DNA of 20,000 nucleotides from assembly GCA_012862495.1 (NCBI GenBank), contig BLSG01000211.1, forward strand, positions 80,052-100,051, read 5' to 3'. Of the stretch, positions 11,685 to 20,000 are shown piece by piece. The notes beneath the pieces were generated by a model. That model was not told where the DNA came from. It saw only the letters and a program-made list of their open reading frames with translations, and did not search any database. Source of the stretch: Thraustochytrium aureum. Lineage: Eukaryota. Position numbers and translations under genes: made by a program. Each line of letters begins with the position of its first letter. Positions within the stretch are counted from its first letter, which is position 1.

Positions 11685-12808
11685 CTATTCAGCATTGGCG
11701 TCTCGCTCGCGCTGGCGGCGCTCCGTCTCGAGAGTTCCTGCGGGCTGGATCACAAGCTCTGCACTTGGCCAGAGGTTGGACGACTGTAGGGTTTTGCCCT
11801 TGAGCGCTTGTACGTCCAGTAGGTGGGGAGGGTACAAAGTCTTGTCTACGATTTCCCAGGTCTGCGATTCCAGCCGGGGCGGGATAAGGCTGCTGTGCGT
11901 CGCTCCAAGCCAGTTGATAATGCCGTCAAGAACGTCATCAGAGTGGAACCTCCGCTGTAGCACAGCGTCGCCGCAAAACACGGTGATCCTCGTCGTGCCC
12001 GCGATGCCGGGCTCTGGCTCAACCGGGACCCCTCGGCGAAACTTTGACCTGCGCTCCGCCTCCTCCTTGTCCGCGCTCCTCATCGACTCGGTCAGAGCCT
12101 TTTCGAAGGCAAGGCGCTCCTTGGCCAACGTGTAGGAGGGAGACTGCTGGGCGCGCTCCAAGGCTGCCTTTGCGAGCCAGAGCCGCGCGGGGTCTTCGGC
12201 GCCCCGCAGCACGAGCCAGTCTCCAGTTTGCTTGAAGCCAATCAGCTCGAGCAGGCCCAAGCCGGCGCTGTTGGCTGTCCCGACGGTCTCGCGGAACCGC
12301 TTGTTGGTGGTCTTGATCTCGCGGTACTTTTGCACGCCAGGGTTGTCAAGGATCGTACCGAGCACGTAGACGAGCGTGTCGACTGCGTTCGGGAAAGGGC
12401 CATTCGGGACGCGGCTCCTTCCAGCCGGGTTTCGAACGACGACGCGGCGTCTGGCAGCGCCGCCGCCGCGGGCGCGGCCTTCTTTGCCTTGCTCGCAGCG
12501 CCGGGCTTTTGCGCGAGACGGCGCTCTGCGGCTTGCGCTGCGCGTTGGCGTGGGTCGCTTGCGGCGGCGGCGGCGGCTCCGGAGCCTCCTGGTGGGGTCT
12601 CCAACGAACTAGCTTGTGCTGATGGCGCTGGTGCGGTGACGAGAGTCTGTACAGCTCTGTCCACGCTCCACTCGGCCTCCGAGAGTGCAAAGAGCGCCGG
12701 GCTCTCGTCAAACCCCATCGCCATGACGTGCGCCAGCTTGGCCTTTTCCGAGGCGGACAGCGGCGCCTCACGCTGGCGCGCCGCTCCAAACGGGTTCGCG
12801 TTGCCCAT
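11685..12808 (-). CDS. UBA-PUB-UBX domain protein, putative p97/Cdc48 cofactor (one apparent frameshift at ~12398)
   Basis: UBA: KLAHVMAMGFDESPALFALSEAEWSVDRAVQTL. PUB: AVDTLVYVLGTILDNPGVQKYREIKTTNKRFRETVGTANSAGLGLLELIGF. UBX: TTRITVFCGDAVLQRRFHSDDVLDGIINWLG...TLYPP...KTLQSSNLWPSAELVIQ. The ATG at 12808 has a good context (aagATGg); an alternative ATG lies at 12832. Confidence 0.88.
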
Positions 12809-13431
12809 CTTGTTCAAGCTCCAGCGGAACATGAGGCCAGTGGGGCGCCCTTGGTGCGTTGCCGCGCTCAGACTGCTCCTGGCTGCTGCTCCGTCGTCGT
12901 TTGCCTTGCGTGACTGCTNNNNNNNNNNNNNNNNNNNNNNNNNNNNNNNNNNNNNNNNNNNNNNNNNNNNNNNNNNNNNNNNNNNNNNNNNNNNNNNNNN
13001 NNNNNNNNNNNNNNNNNNNNNNNNNNNNNNNNNNNNAATGCCCGCGCATTCGGCGGATCGTTCGCTTGCTCCGAAGCCTTCTTTCGATTCGAAGAGGGTG
13101 TGTGAGCCAAGAAGCTGGCAATAACGGACAATGGTGGATGGCGATTCAGCGCATGGAAGGAAGCTTCTGGACGGCTGGCTGGCTGTGTCGGGCTGAGGAT
13201 GATGCCGGCCGCGAGGATGCCGACATGCCGACCGATGCCTTGGAAGCCGCGGCTTGAGCCTCTACCGGCGCGCGCGTCCCCGCAGGCCCGGAATCCGATC
13301 GATCGGTAGAGTTCGCGCACTTGCTCGAGTGACTCGTGTTGATTCCGGCGAGGAACAGAGCGAGCACGACGACGGGAAGGGAGGACTGATTGATCGAGGT
13401 TCGAGGCTGGCCAGACAGACACCCGACCTCG

Positions 13432-13495
13432 AGCAGCAGCAGCAGCAGCAGCAGCAAGCAGCAGCAGCAAGCAGCAAGCAGCAGCAGCAAGCAGC
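13432..13495 (+). repeat. Imperfect (CAG)n microsatellite, probably in the 5' UTR/promoter of the small gene
   Basis: agcagcagcagcagcagcagcagcaagcagcagcagcaagcagcaagcagcagcagcaagcagc; the single-A interruptions shift phase, which argues against polyQ coding. Confidence 0.9.
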
Positions 13496-13544
13496 CGCGA
13501 GGAGCCACGAGCAGGATTGAGCCCGGCAGATTGAGTCCAAGGCG

Positions 13545-13854
13545 ATGGCGGCGGAGGCAGTGCCTGTCAAGGCCTGGGTCTACATGGTGTTCGCAGCGCT
13601 CGGGTTCAAGACGGCCAAGTGGTTCAACTCCCCGGTAAGTCTGTTGCGTGCGGGACACCGGCGGGCGCCTGCTGCTCCGAGTTCTTAGGCTGCGCCGATG
13701 CTGACGGCGCGCCTGATGCATGCAACAATTGACTTGCGGACTCGGGCGAGCTGCGCAGGGACCCCAACAAGGCATGTACAAGTACTATGTTGCGATTTTT
13801 GTGATCGCCCAGGTGCTTGGGCGCCGGGCCGGGCTCGCCGAGAAGGGCGAGTAA
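13545..13854 (+). CDS. Small two-exon putative membrane protein, 61 aa (exons 13545-13634 and 13759-13854)
   Basis: gcgATGg start with an in-frame upstream TGA (13518-13520). A perfect GTAAGT donor at 13635 and a GCAG acceptor ending at 13758 give a phase-0 splice reading MAAEAVPVKAWVYMVFAALGFKTAKWFNSPGPQQGMYKYYVAIFVIAQVLGRRAGLAEKGE*. Codons are GC3-rich like neighbouring genes, and there are two hydrophobic stretches. Confidence 0.7.
13635..13758 (+). other. Spliceosomal GT-AG intron (124 nt)
   Basis: G|GTAAGT donor, candidate branch sites CTGAC (~13701) and TTGAC (~13729), CTGCGCAG acceptor; removal preserves the reading frame. Confidence 0.7.
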
Positions 13855-14019
13855 CTACGTTCAGAACGGCAAGCTAACCGGAAAAGCACCTCATCTATCC
13901 TTCGTTTTTCAGAGGCAAGTAAATACTGGTGTGAGCGAGCCACTCGGCGTGAGGCGGAAGGCGCCGCCGACGCCAGCCCCTCCCCGGCGCTGGCCCACGT
14001 TGGCCCGGCAGAGCTCGTC

Positions 14020-15184
14020 TTAGTTGGACTTTTTGCAGCCAGCGTCTTGCTGGCCCACGAAAATGTCCTCGCCGTAGACTCGGTCGCTCTGGCGCAGAGT
14101 CCCGAAGAGCCAGTCCCACAGGACGAGGGTAACCCCATAGTTGAGGTGAAAGTACTGGTGGTGGTCGTCATGGTACTTTGTGGAGGGGACCCAGGGGAGA
14201 TCACCTTCGTAGTAAACGCCAGAATGGTCGACCTGGTTGTGGTAGGCGACAAAGGTGACCACCGTGAGGAAGGACATGACGTGCACCGGGAAGATGGCCG
14301 CGCACCAGATGCCAGCTGTTTGAAAGCCGATATACTCGATGGGGTGGATTGCGAAGGCGCCAAACGCGGTGGGCGCCTTGTAGCGGTGGTGCCACTTGTG
14401 CACGTACTTGTAGACCCACTTGTGGTGCAGCAGGCGGTGGATCCAATAGCTGTAAAAGTCGACCCACAGGTAGACGAGCACGCAGCCCGCCAAGTAGTGC
14501 GCCCAGCCGCGCTCGTCCACCGTGTAGTAGAACTTGAGGAAGGGGTAGTTTTGGTGCAGGAAGAACAGCGCCGTCCCTGCAAAGCCCGACACGAAGGCGT
14601 TCCAGCACCCGGTGAGCTTCTCCTCCAAGAAGAGCGCGTCGCTCGGCCAGCGCCCCGGCTGGCACTTCCACAGGTCGGCCTCTGCCCGCCGCTGTACGTA
14701 GTAGTGGTTGTGGATCGTCTGCGCGCCGAGATAGTAGACGACAAGCGTGCTCGTACCCGCCATGAGGCACCAGCCCAGCACAAACCAGGGGTCCTTCACC
14801 GCGGCCTGGATGTACTCGCTCTGCGAGAGGTCGTGCCGCATGGCTTGCTCGGCCACGCGCGAGACGTTGGACAAAATCGAGTTGGTCACGTTGGTGGCTC
14901 CACGGTCTTGCAACAATGGGTAGAGGACGCTCTCGTGGCCGTGCGTCAGGTTGAACCATTCGTTCATCGAGAGGGAGAGCGCGAGGATGATGGCAAACAT
15001 CATGCCGCCAGACCCGGCGAGTGCCACCAGGAGACTGAGGGCGAAAAACTTCCAGTACTTTGCTGAGAGCCGCGAGGCCTTGACCTTGCCTTGCCGGTAC
15101 CAGTAGTATTTTCGAGTTGGGCGGGTACATCCACCGGTGGAATTTGCTCAACGCATCCTTGCCCTCGAACATGTGGGGCGCCAT
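14020..15184 (-). CDS. ERG3: Sterol C5-desaturase / lathosterol oxidase-like (fatty acid hydroxylase superfamily); probable frameshift at ~15110
   Basis: Three His boxes in ERG3/SC5D context: DFYSYWIHRLLHHKWVYKYVHKWHHRYKAPTAFGAFAIHPIE and HDDHHQYFHLNYGVTLVLWDWLFGT, plus several TM segments. The N-terminus MAPHMFEGKDALSKFHRWMYPPNSK (ATG 15184) joins YYWYRQGKVK...KYWKFFALSLL if one A of the run at 15109-15112 is removed; otherwise the start is ATG 15003. The superfamily call is firm, the ERG3 substrate assignment less so. Confidence 0.8.
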
Positions 15185-16336
15185 CGCCCAGCGCCTTGCT
15201 TGTCGGGCGACTCGTGCGTGCGCCTGCGCACTGTTGACCTTCCTGTCGAGGGGCTCCTGCCCTGGTAGTCGGCGCGTCACGACCAGGCGATTCTCGCCGG
15301 TGACAGGGAGCCAGCGAGCGACCTGGGTTGCGGTTCTGGACTGCACCTGGCGGCGCGGGGGCCGAGCACCTGGTCTGTCGCTTCCTGCCGCCGCCGTTGG
15401 TGCTCTGCGGCCTGCGAAGCCGCGTTCGCCCAGCAAATGTGGTGTGCCGCGCAGTGCATGGCTCGCAATTGCANNNNNNNNNNNNNNNNNNNNNNNNNNN
15501 NNNNNNNNNNNNNNNNNNNNNNNNNNNNNNNNNNNNNNNNNNNNNNNNNNNNNNNNNNNNNNNNNNNNNNNNNNNNNNNNNNNNNNNNNNNNCGCGCAGT
15601 GCATGGCTCGCAATTGCAAGTCCACCTGTGAGGTGTCCGCTCTTGTCGCGTGCCTCAGCTCTCACTCGTCGCTGCTGGAGAAACCTGCGAGAGAAACAAG
15701 GAACTCGCCTCCAAGCGAGCCAGAGCGCCGCCTTCCTTCCACTCATTAAAAAAAGCTGACCGACAGAGTGGGTAGAGTACCAACTACTCCACCTTGCTCT
15801 TGCAGGAGTCTCGCGTCTCTTGAGGCTGTGGCGCAGGCCGGACGAAGCCAAGGGAGGACTCACACGCGCGAGGCGGTCGTCGCCTGCCTGTTCTTGACAT
15901 GTCCGGTGCTCGTCCGTCTGCCTGCGCAGAGCATCACGGGATGGACGACGCAATCATTTCCTGCCGCCGCTGCTCCGTGGACCCTCAGGCTCACATTCCC
16001 GCGCAGAGTAGGTACGCCCCTCTATCTTCGATTCGGCGGGATGCTCGCGTTGCTCTTTCCAACGGATGCAACGGACACTCCTCCTCCGCCTCCGCTTGCC
16101 CCAGGCGGCGCGACGCGTGCGCTCGTGCGAGGCAGCCACGCCGCCAGTGTCGCCACCAGCAGCAAGCCGCTCGCCGCCCCCGCAGCACCACCCTGCAACA
16201 GCTCCTGCGGCCTTCAGCCCAGGACGGCTTGGAAGCAACGCCAGACTCGGCTTGCGAGCTCGAGCGTCGCGGCCTGGCCGAAGCCGGCCGCAGCAACCCC
16301 CCGGATCGTGCCGCGGCAATCCTGCGTCGCGGGTCG

Positions 16337-17536
16337 ATGGCGCCGGCGGTGACGGCCTCCAGGGCGCCAAGACGCGGCCGCAAAACGAGCAAGCTGCCTT
16401 CGGAGCAACTGCTCGAAGAGAATAAAATGATGGAGTGGCAGCTCCACAAACTCCGCAGCCAGATCGAGCGCGAGCGCGCCAAAGTGGACGAGGACGCCGG
16501 GCCCATCTGGAAAAGCGGCGCTGAGACAACTGGCTCGCTTCGCTCTTTCGCAAAGCAAGTGCGCGAGAAAAAGACCTCTGCCGGCAGCCTCTCTGTCCCA
16601 GGGCGCGGGGACGGCGAAGCGGAAGCGCGCGCCCAGGAGGAAGAAGGAGTCGGAAGCAACCCACGCAGCGAAAAGCGCGTCTTGCGCGGCGTGCAGGCGC
16701 CGACCTGGTCCAAAGCCGACGTGCTCGCATGGCTCGAGAGTATCGGCCAAGGGCAGCACAGGAAGACCTTCAAGGAGAACGAGATAGACGGCAAGGTCCT
16801 GCTGGAGCTCGGCGTGGACGACCTCGACTACATGGGCATCTCCGCACTGGGGAGCCGCAAGTCGATCCTCAAAGAAGTCGCGCGGCTCCGTCGCTGCGTC
16901 AAACCAGGACCGCTCGCTGGTGCGAGCCGCCCCTCGACACCAAGCTCTGCATCACGCCACGCTCGACAAACCCAGGAGGCAGCAGATCTGTCGCAGCATC
17001 CCCGAGCCGTCTCCACCAGCGTGGCATGCGAAATCTCCACCGACCCAGCAGACCTGCAAGCCGACGAAGCCGCAGAGCACGAGGCTTTCCGGCGCGCCGT
17101 GGAGGAATGGCGCAGCGGTGGAGCTGCAGCGCAACCTGCTCGCCAGACATCGAAGAACGCTTCCGCAACGGAAGGCCGTGGCTCTCAGAAGGAGATTGCG
17201 CCATCGACACCTGTTCAACGTTCTCGAGAGGGAGGCGCGCTGCTCACGGGGTGTGTTGACGAAGAGGCAGAGCACCGAGCTTTCCGCCAAGCTGTGCAGG
17301 CCTGGCGCAGCGGCGCTTCAACCGACGCCGTGGGGATGCTCAATTTCGACGTGCACAAGCAGCAGACGCGCAAGTTGGTAGAGGCGCACAAGTCGCGTAT
17401 CGTCGCCGAATTTGAGGCGAGCCTGAAGAGCAGTCGCGCGCCAGCGCAGCAGCCTGCACTTCATACGCAGTCGGCTCGCAAGTCCGAAAGCGCCGACTTT
17501 GATATCCAAGCTTGGGACTTTGACTCTGCGTTTTAG
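16337..17536 (+). CDS. SAM-domain protein with ZBBX-like N-terminal coiled coil and duplicated DEEAE..AF..AV..WR motif
   Basis: SAM: WSKADVLAWLESIGQGQHRKTFKENEIDGKVLLELGVDDLDYMGISALGSRKSILKEVARL (~16706-16890). N-terminal LLEENKMMEWQLHKLRSQIERER...IWKSG. The start is uncertain: in-frame ATGs also occur at 15899 and 15941, but the upstream translation does not look protein-like. Confidence 0.82.
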   Translation: MAPAVTASRAPRRGRKTSKLPSEQLLEENKMMEWQLHKLRSQIERERAKVDEDAGPIWKSGAETTGSLRSFAKQVREKKTSAGSLSVPGRGDGEAEARAQEEEGVGSNPRSEKRVLRGVQAPTWSKADVLAWLESIGQGQHRKTFKENEIDGKVLLELGVDDLDYMGISALGSRKSILKEVARLRRCVKPGPLAGASRPSTPSSASRHARQTQEAADLSQHPRAVSTSVACEISTDPADLQADEAAEHEAFRRAVEEWRSGGAAAQPARQTSKNASATEGRGSQKEIAPSTPVQRSREGGALLTGCVDEEAEHRAFRQAVQAWRSGASTDAVGMLNFDVHKQQTRKLVEAHKSRIVAEFEASLKSSRAPAQQPALHTQSARKSESADFDIQAWDFDSAF

Positions 17537-17915
17537 ACTTGATCTTGAAGACAAGGTTACTTTTTTTCTAGCGAGGCTTGCATCGCGATCGCGAGGCCAG
17601 CAACTGATTGAGCAGGACGAATTGTCGTTGAAGTGACAGAACCAACCCGTGAGGGCGGTCGACCGTGCCCTCGCGACAATTCAACATGTAGGTCGCTTTG
17701 GCTTGGAAGAAAATGGCTACAATTGAGAAGACCGCACAGGCGGATCAAGCCACCGTCGGCGAGATGTCAGCGTCGAGCGGAGGAGCNNNNNNNNNNNNNN
17801 NNNNNNNNNNNNNNNNNNNNNNNNNNNNNNNNNNNNNNNNNNNNNNNNNNNNNNNNNNNNNNNNNNNNNNNNNNNNNNNNNNNNNNNNNNNNNNNNNNNN
17901 NNNNNNNNNNNNNNN

Positions 17916-19299
17916 AGCTGGGCGCGGCTCATGTACTTCCTTGCCTCTTCCAGCTCACGCCACACCCACCAAAGCTTGCCCTTGCCCGCGCCCTTGCACT
18001 CAAGCTTGACCTTGTTGAGGAACTGCGTGGCGTCCTGAAACGAAGCCACCGACTTTTGCAGGGCATCCTCCGCCTGCGCCTTAAACTTCTCCGAGTGTCG
18101 GCGGGCTTCCTCGGACGCGCTGTGGCTCAAATCGGCCTCTTTGCGCGCCTCCACCGCCTCGATCTGCTGTTGCTCCGCCTTTCTACGCGCTCCAGTCGCG
18201 AGCGAGCGCTCCTCCCCAGCCGTTTCCCGCGCTGCAACGGCTTGCTCACGGCTTTGCTCTGCATTGGCGCGAGCTTGCTGCGCGGCCATCTGTGAGGCGG
18301 CCGCTGTCTTGAAGAGGCGTTCTTGGCGTCGAACGCAGGCGTTGTGCGAGATCACCGCTCGTTGGAGCGGCATGGGATCCGAGCACTGGAGCTGGGCGAG
18401 TTCCGCCTTGGCAGCGTTGCGCTTCACGATGCCATTTGCCTCGTCCGTGCTTGTCCGCTCCAAGCTGTCGCACTTGGCCTTGAAGGCGTCTTGCTCGCGC
18501 TGAACGCAGGCCAACGCTTCTTCCACCTGGCGCTGGTTGCTCGCTGCTCCTCGACGGCGGCCGTCGCCTTCACCTCGGCCGACTTGGCAAGAGACTCGTT
18601 CTGGAACGCGTCGCTCTCCTCCTTGACGGCCGTCTCCTCGCTCGACTTGGCCAGCTCTTCCTTTGCGCATGCCGCCTCGGCAGAGGCGGTAGCCTGCTCT
18701 TCTTTCTGCTTTGCAACATGCGCTTCGGCCTTCGACTTCATCTCCGCCTCGACGCTCTCCTTGAGGGCCTGCCGGGCTTCGGAGGCTCGCAGCTCGGACA
18801 CCTGAATGTCCTTCTGGGCGTCCTCGACCTTTTGCTCTGCCAGAGCAAGCTTTGCCTCGTCGACGGTCCCCTGTGGGCCGTGTACCAGGGCTCGCCAATC
18901 CACTTTGAACCTGTAGATCAGGAACTCAACCAAGCTCATGCTCTTGTTCTTGTCGAGGTCGATGTCGGCGAGGGTCTCGCGAAGCTCGACAACGGTCAGG
19001 GCCTTGTCTACGCGCTCGAGAAGCCGGTGGGAGCTAAACTGGTCCAGCTCGTTGCCCTCCTCCTTTCGCGGATCGAGCTCGATGCAGCTGTGGAGCGCAG
19101 ACCAGACGCACTCGGCTTCATCTCGGTTGTGTTCGAACAGCTCCTTCCAAAATGCGTTCAGGAACCACACCGCTTGAGCCTTGTAGGGCTTGGCGTTGAG
19201 CTCTCGCAGGAGCTGCTGGTCATCCTCCAAACTGAACACCGGGTCGTGCGCGCTGGCCTCAACTACGAGGCTCGGTGGTGTTGCGACCTCGGTCGCCAT
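17916..19299 (-). CDS. EF-hand-containing 'TolA-like' coiled-coil protein of the protist FLNAFW family (3' end in gap; one apparent frameshift at ~18538)
   Basis: aaaATGg start; YKAQAVWFLNAFW, ELD..KEEGNELDQFSSHRLLE, canonical EF-hand loop DLDKNKSMSLVE (18960-18925), long Ala/Glu/Lys coiled coil, GIVKRNAAKAELAQLQCSDPMPLQRAVI, C-terminal GKGKLWWVWRELEEARKYM. ORFs 18424..19299 and 17717..18898 join with one added base. The family is recognised from memory of amoebozoan/protist proteins annotated as TolA-like. Confidence 0.8.
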
Positions 19300-19536
19300 T
19301 TTTCAACCAGAGTGGCCGTATGTGTCCTTTGTGTTTGTCTCGTGCGTTGCTTGTCTAGTTCGCTGGGTGCTCGCTGTGCTCCGATTGGGAACTGGAGCAC
19401 AGCACGCTGGGCCGGGGCGCCGGCTGACATCAAAACCAACCAGCTAGCTAGCTACCTGTCGTTGTTCGCATGGTGCCCGAGGTCCACTCGCTGGCCCGAG
19501 ATTCATCCGACGACTCGCACTCGCATAGCTGCTGCG

Positions 19537-19582
19537 TCTCTCTCTGTCTGTCTGTCTGTCGGTCTGTCTGTCGGTCTGTCTG
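19537..19582. repeat. (TC)n/(TCTG)n/(TCGG) microsatellite upstream of the EF-hand gene
   Basis: tctctctctgtctgtctgtctgtcggtctgtctgtcggtctgtctg. Confidence 0.9.
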
Positions 19583-20000
19583 CCCGCGGGCGGTGGAGCT
19601 CCCGCGCCAAGGCAAGACACTCGCGCGACGGACGTTGCGCAGAAGGCCAAAGGAGTCGACCGCCTGTTGATTCGCCAAGCAGCAGCACGCTGGAGAGTCA
19701 GACACCTATTGCACAAGCTGCCGTTGCCTTCTCGCAAGTACCATGTGCCATGTGCAAATCGGTCTCTTTCGTTCTGCGCGCCCTGGCCTGGCCGGGGGCA
19801 GTCAGATCTCGAGCTCTTTTCTGGGCAAGTACGGAATCCATTGGAGGTGGGACGAACCGCTACTAGTAGGTAGCACAGCGTGAAGGACTCGCGGCTTGCG
19901 GAGACCTGCGAGTGTCGCTGCGTGCCCGAAAGGGAGCAGAGCACGGCTGGCTGCGCGGAGGCACATTGCGTTGGGTGCGTTGGGAAGTGAAGAACCTCCA

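Noticed and set aside
121..12808. A functional ubiquitin/p97 gene cluster (PFU-like and UBX genes) or a trafficking cluster with myosin and sorting nexin
   Set aside because: The genes are about 10 kb apart with unrelated genes between them, and eukaryotic neighbours are rarely operon-like, so the co-location is compatible with chance.
13254..13520. PolyQ ORF (88 aa) and antisense poly-Leu/Ala/Cys ORFs over the CAG tract
   Set aside because: These are by-products of a microsatellite with frame-breaking interruptions and have no protein-like flanks.
15437..15650. CMARNCKSTC resembling the end of an ShK toxin domain
   Set aside because: The upstream C..W...G.C..N part is absent, there is no signal peptide or credible ORF, and the region is a divergent intergenic spacer beside a gap.
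15899..16336. 146-aa N-terminal extension of the SAM protein
   Set aside because: Its Arg/Cys/Ala-rich translation looks non-coding, and family-like sequence begins only after ATG 16337. It cannot be fully excluded without transcripts.
17713..17786. Short plus-strand reading MATIEKTAQADQATVGEMSASSGG running into the gap
   Set aside because: It is too short, has no recognisable motif, and is more simply the antisense of the 3' end or UTR of the EF-hand gene.
121..19299. Calling the frameshifted genes pseudogenes
   Set aside because: Catalytic and structural motifs are intact, there are no nonsense codons, and the breaks are spread across unrelated genes at base runs, which fits sequencing error.
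17916..19299. Bacterial tolA or horizontal transfer
   Set aside because: There is no N-terminal membrane anchor or TolA C-terminal domain; it has an EF-hand and eukaryotic context, so the similarity would be compositional only.
10..19944. Many long antisense and alternate-frame ORFs (e.g. 161..1165, 14047..15066, 18718..19866, 9448..10506)
   Set aside because: They are shadows of real genes in high-GC DNA with few stops, and have Arg/Ala/Pro-rich composition without domains.

Overview
GC-rich, gene-dense and almost intron-free eukaryotic nuclear DNA, probably from a protist (a stramenopile-like flagellate is a guess from gene content, not proven). It is a draft scaffold with six N gaps. I can support nine protein-coding genes, and their strands alternate perfectly (- + - + - + - + -). 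In order: ankyrin-TPR protein with a C-terminal PFU-like domain; myosin motor; PX-BAR sorting nexin; a >1600-aa charged coiled-coil protein with a repeated W-x6-8-R-x2-[FL]L-x2-[ER] motif; UBA-PUB-UBX p97/Cdc48 cofactor; a spliced 61-aa membrane microprotein missed by the ORF track; ERG3/SC5D-like sterol desaturase; SAM-domain protein with ZBBX-like motifs; EF-hand 'TolA-like' coiled-coil protein. About ten single-base frameshifts break six of the genes, mostly in short homopolymers, and they are most likely sequencing errors. I see no prokaryotic system, CRISPR array, rRNA, tRNA or mobile element. The best leads are the unusual domain architectures (ANK-TPR-PFU, UBA-PUB-UBX, ZBBX-like with SAM), the hidden microprotein and the strict strand alternation.
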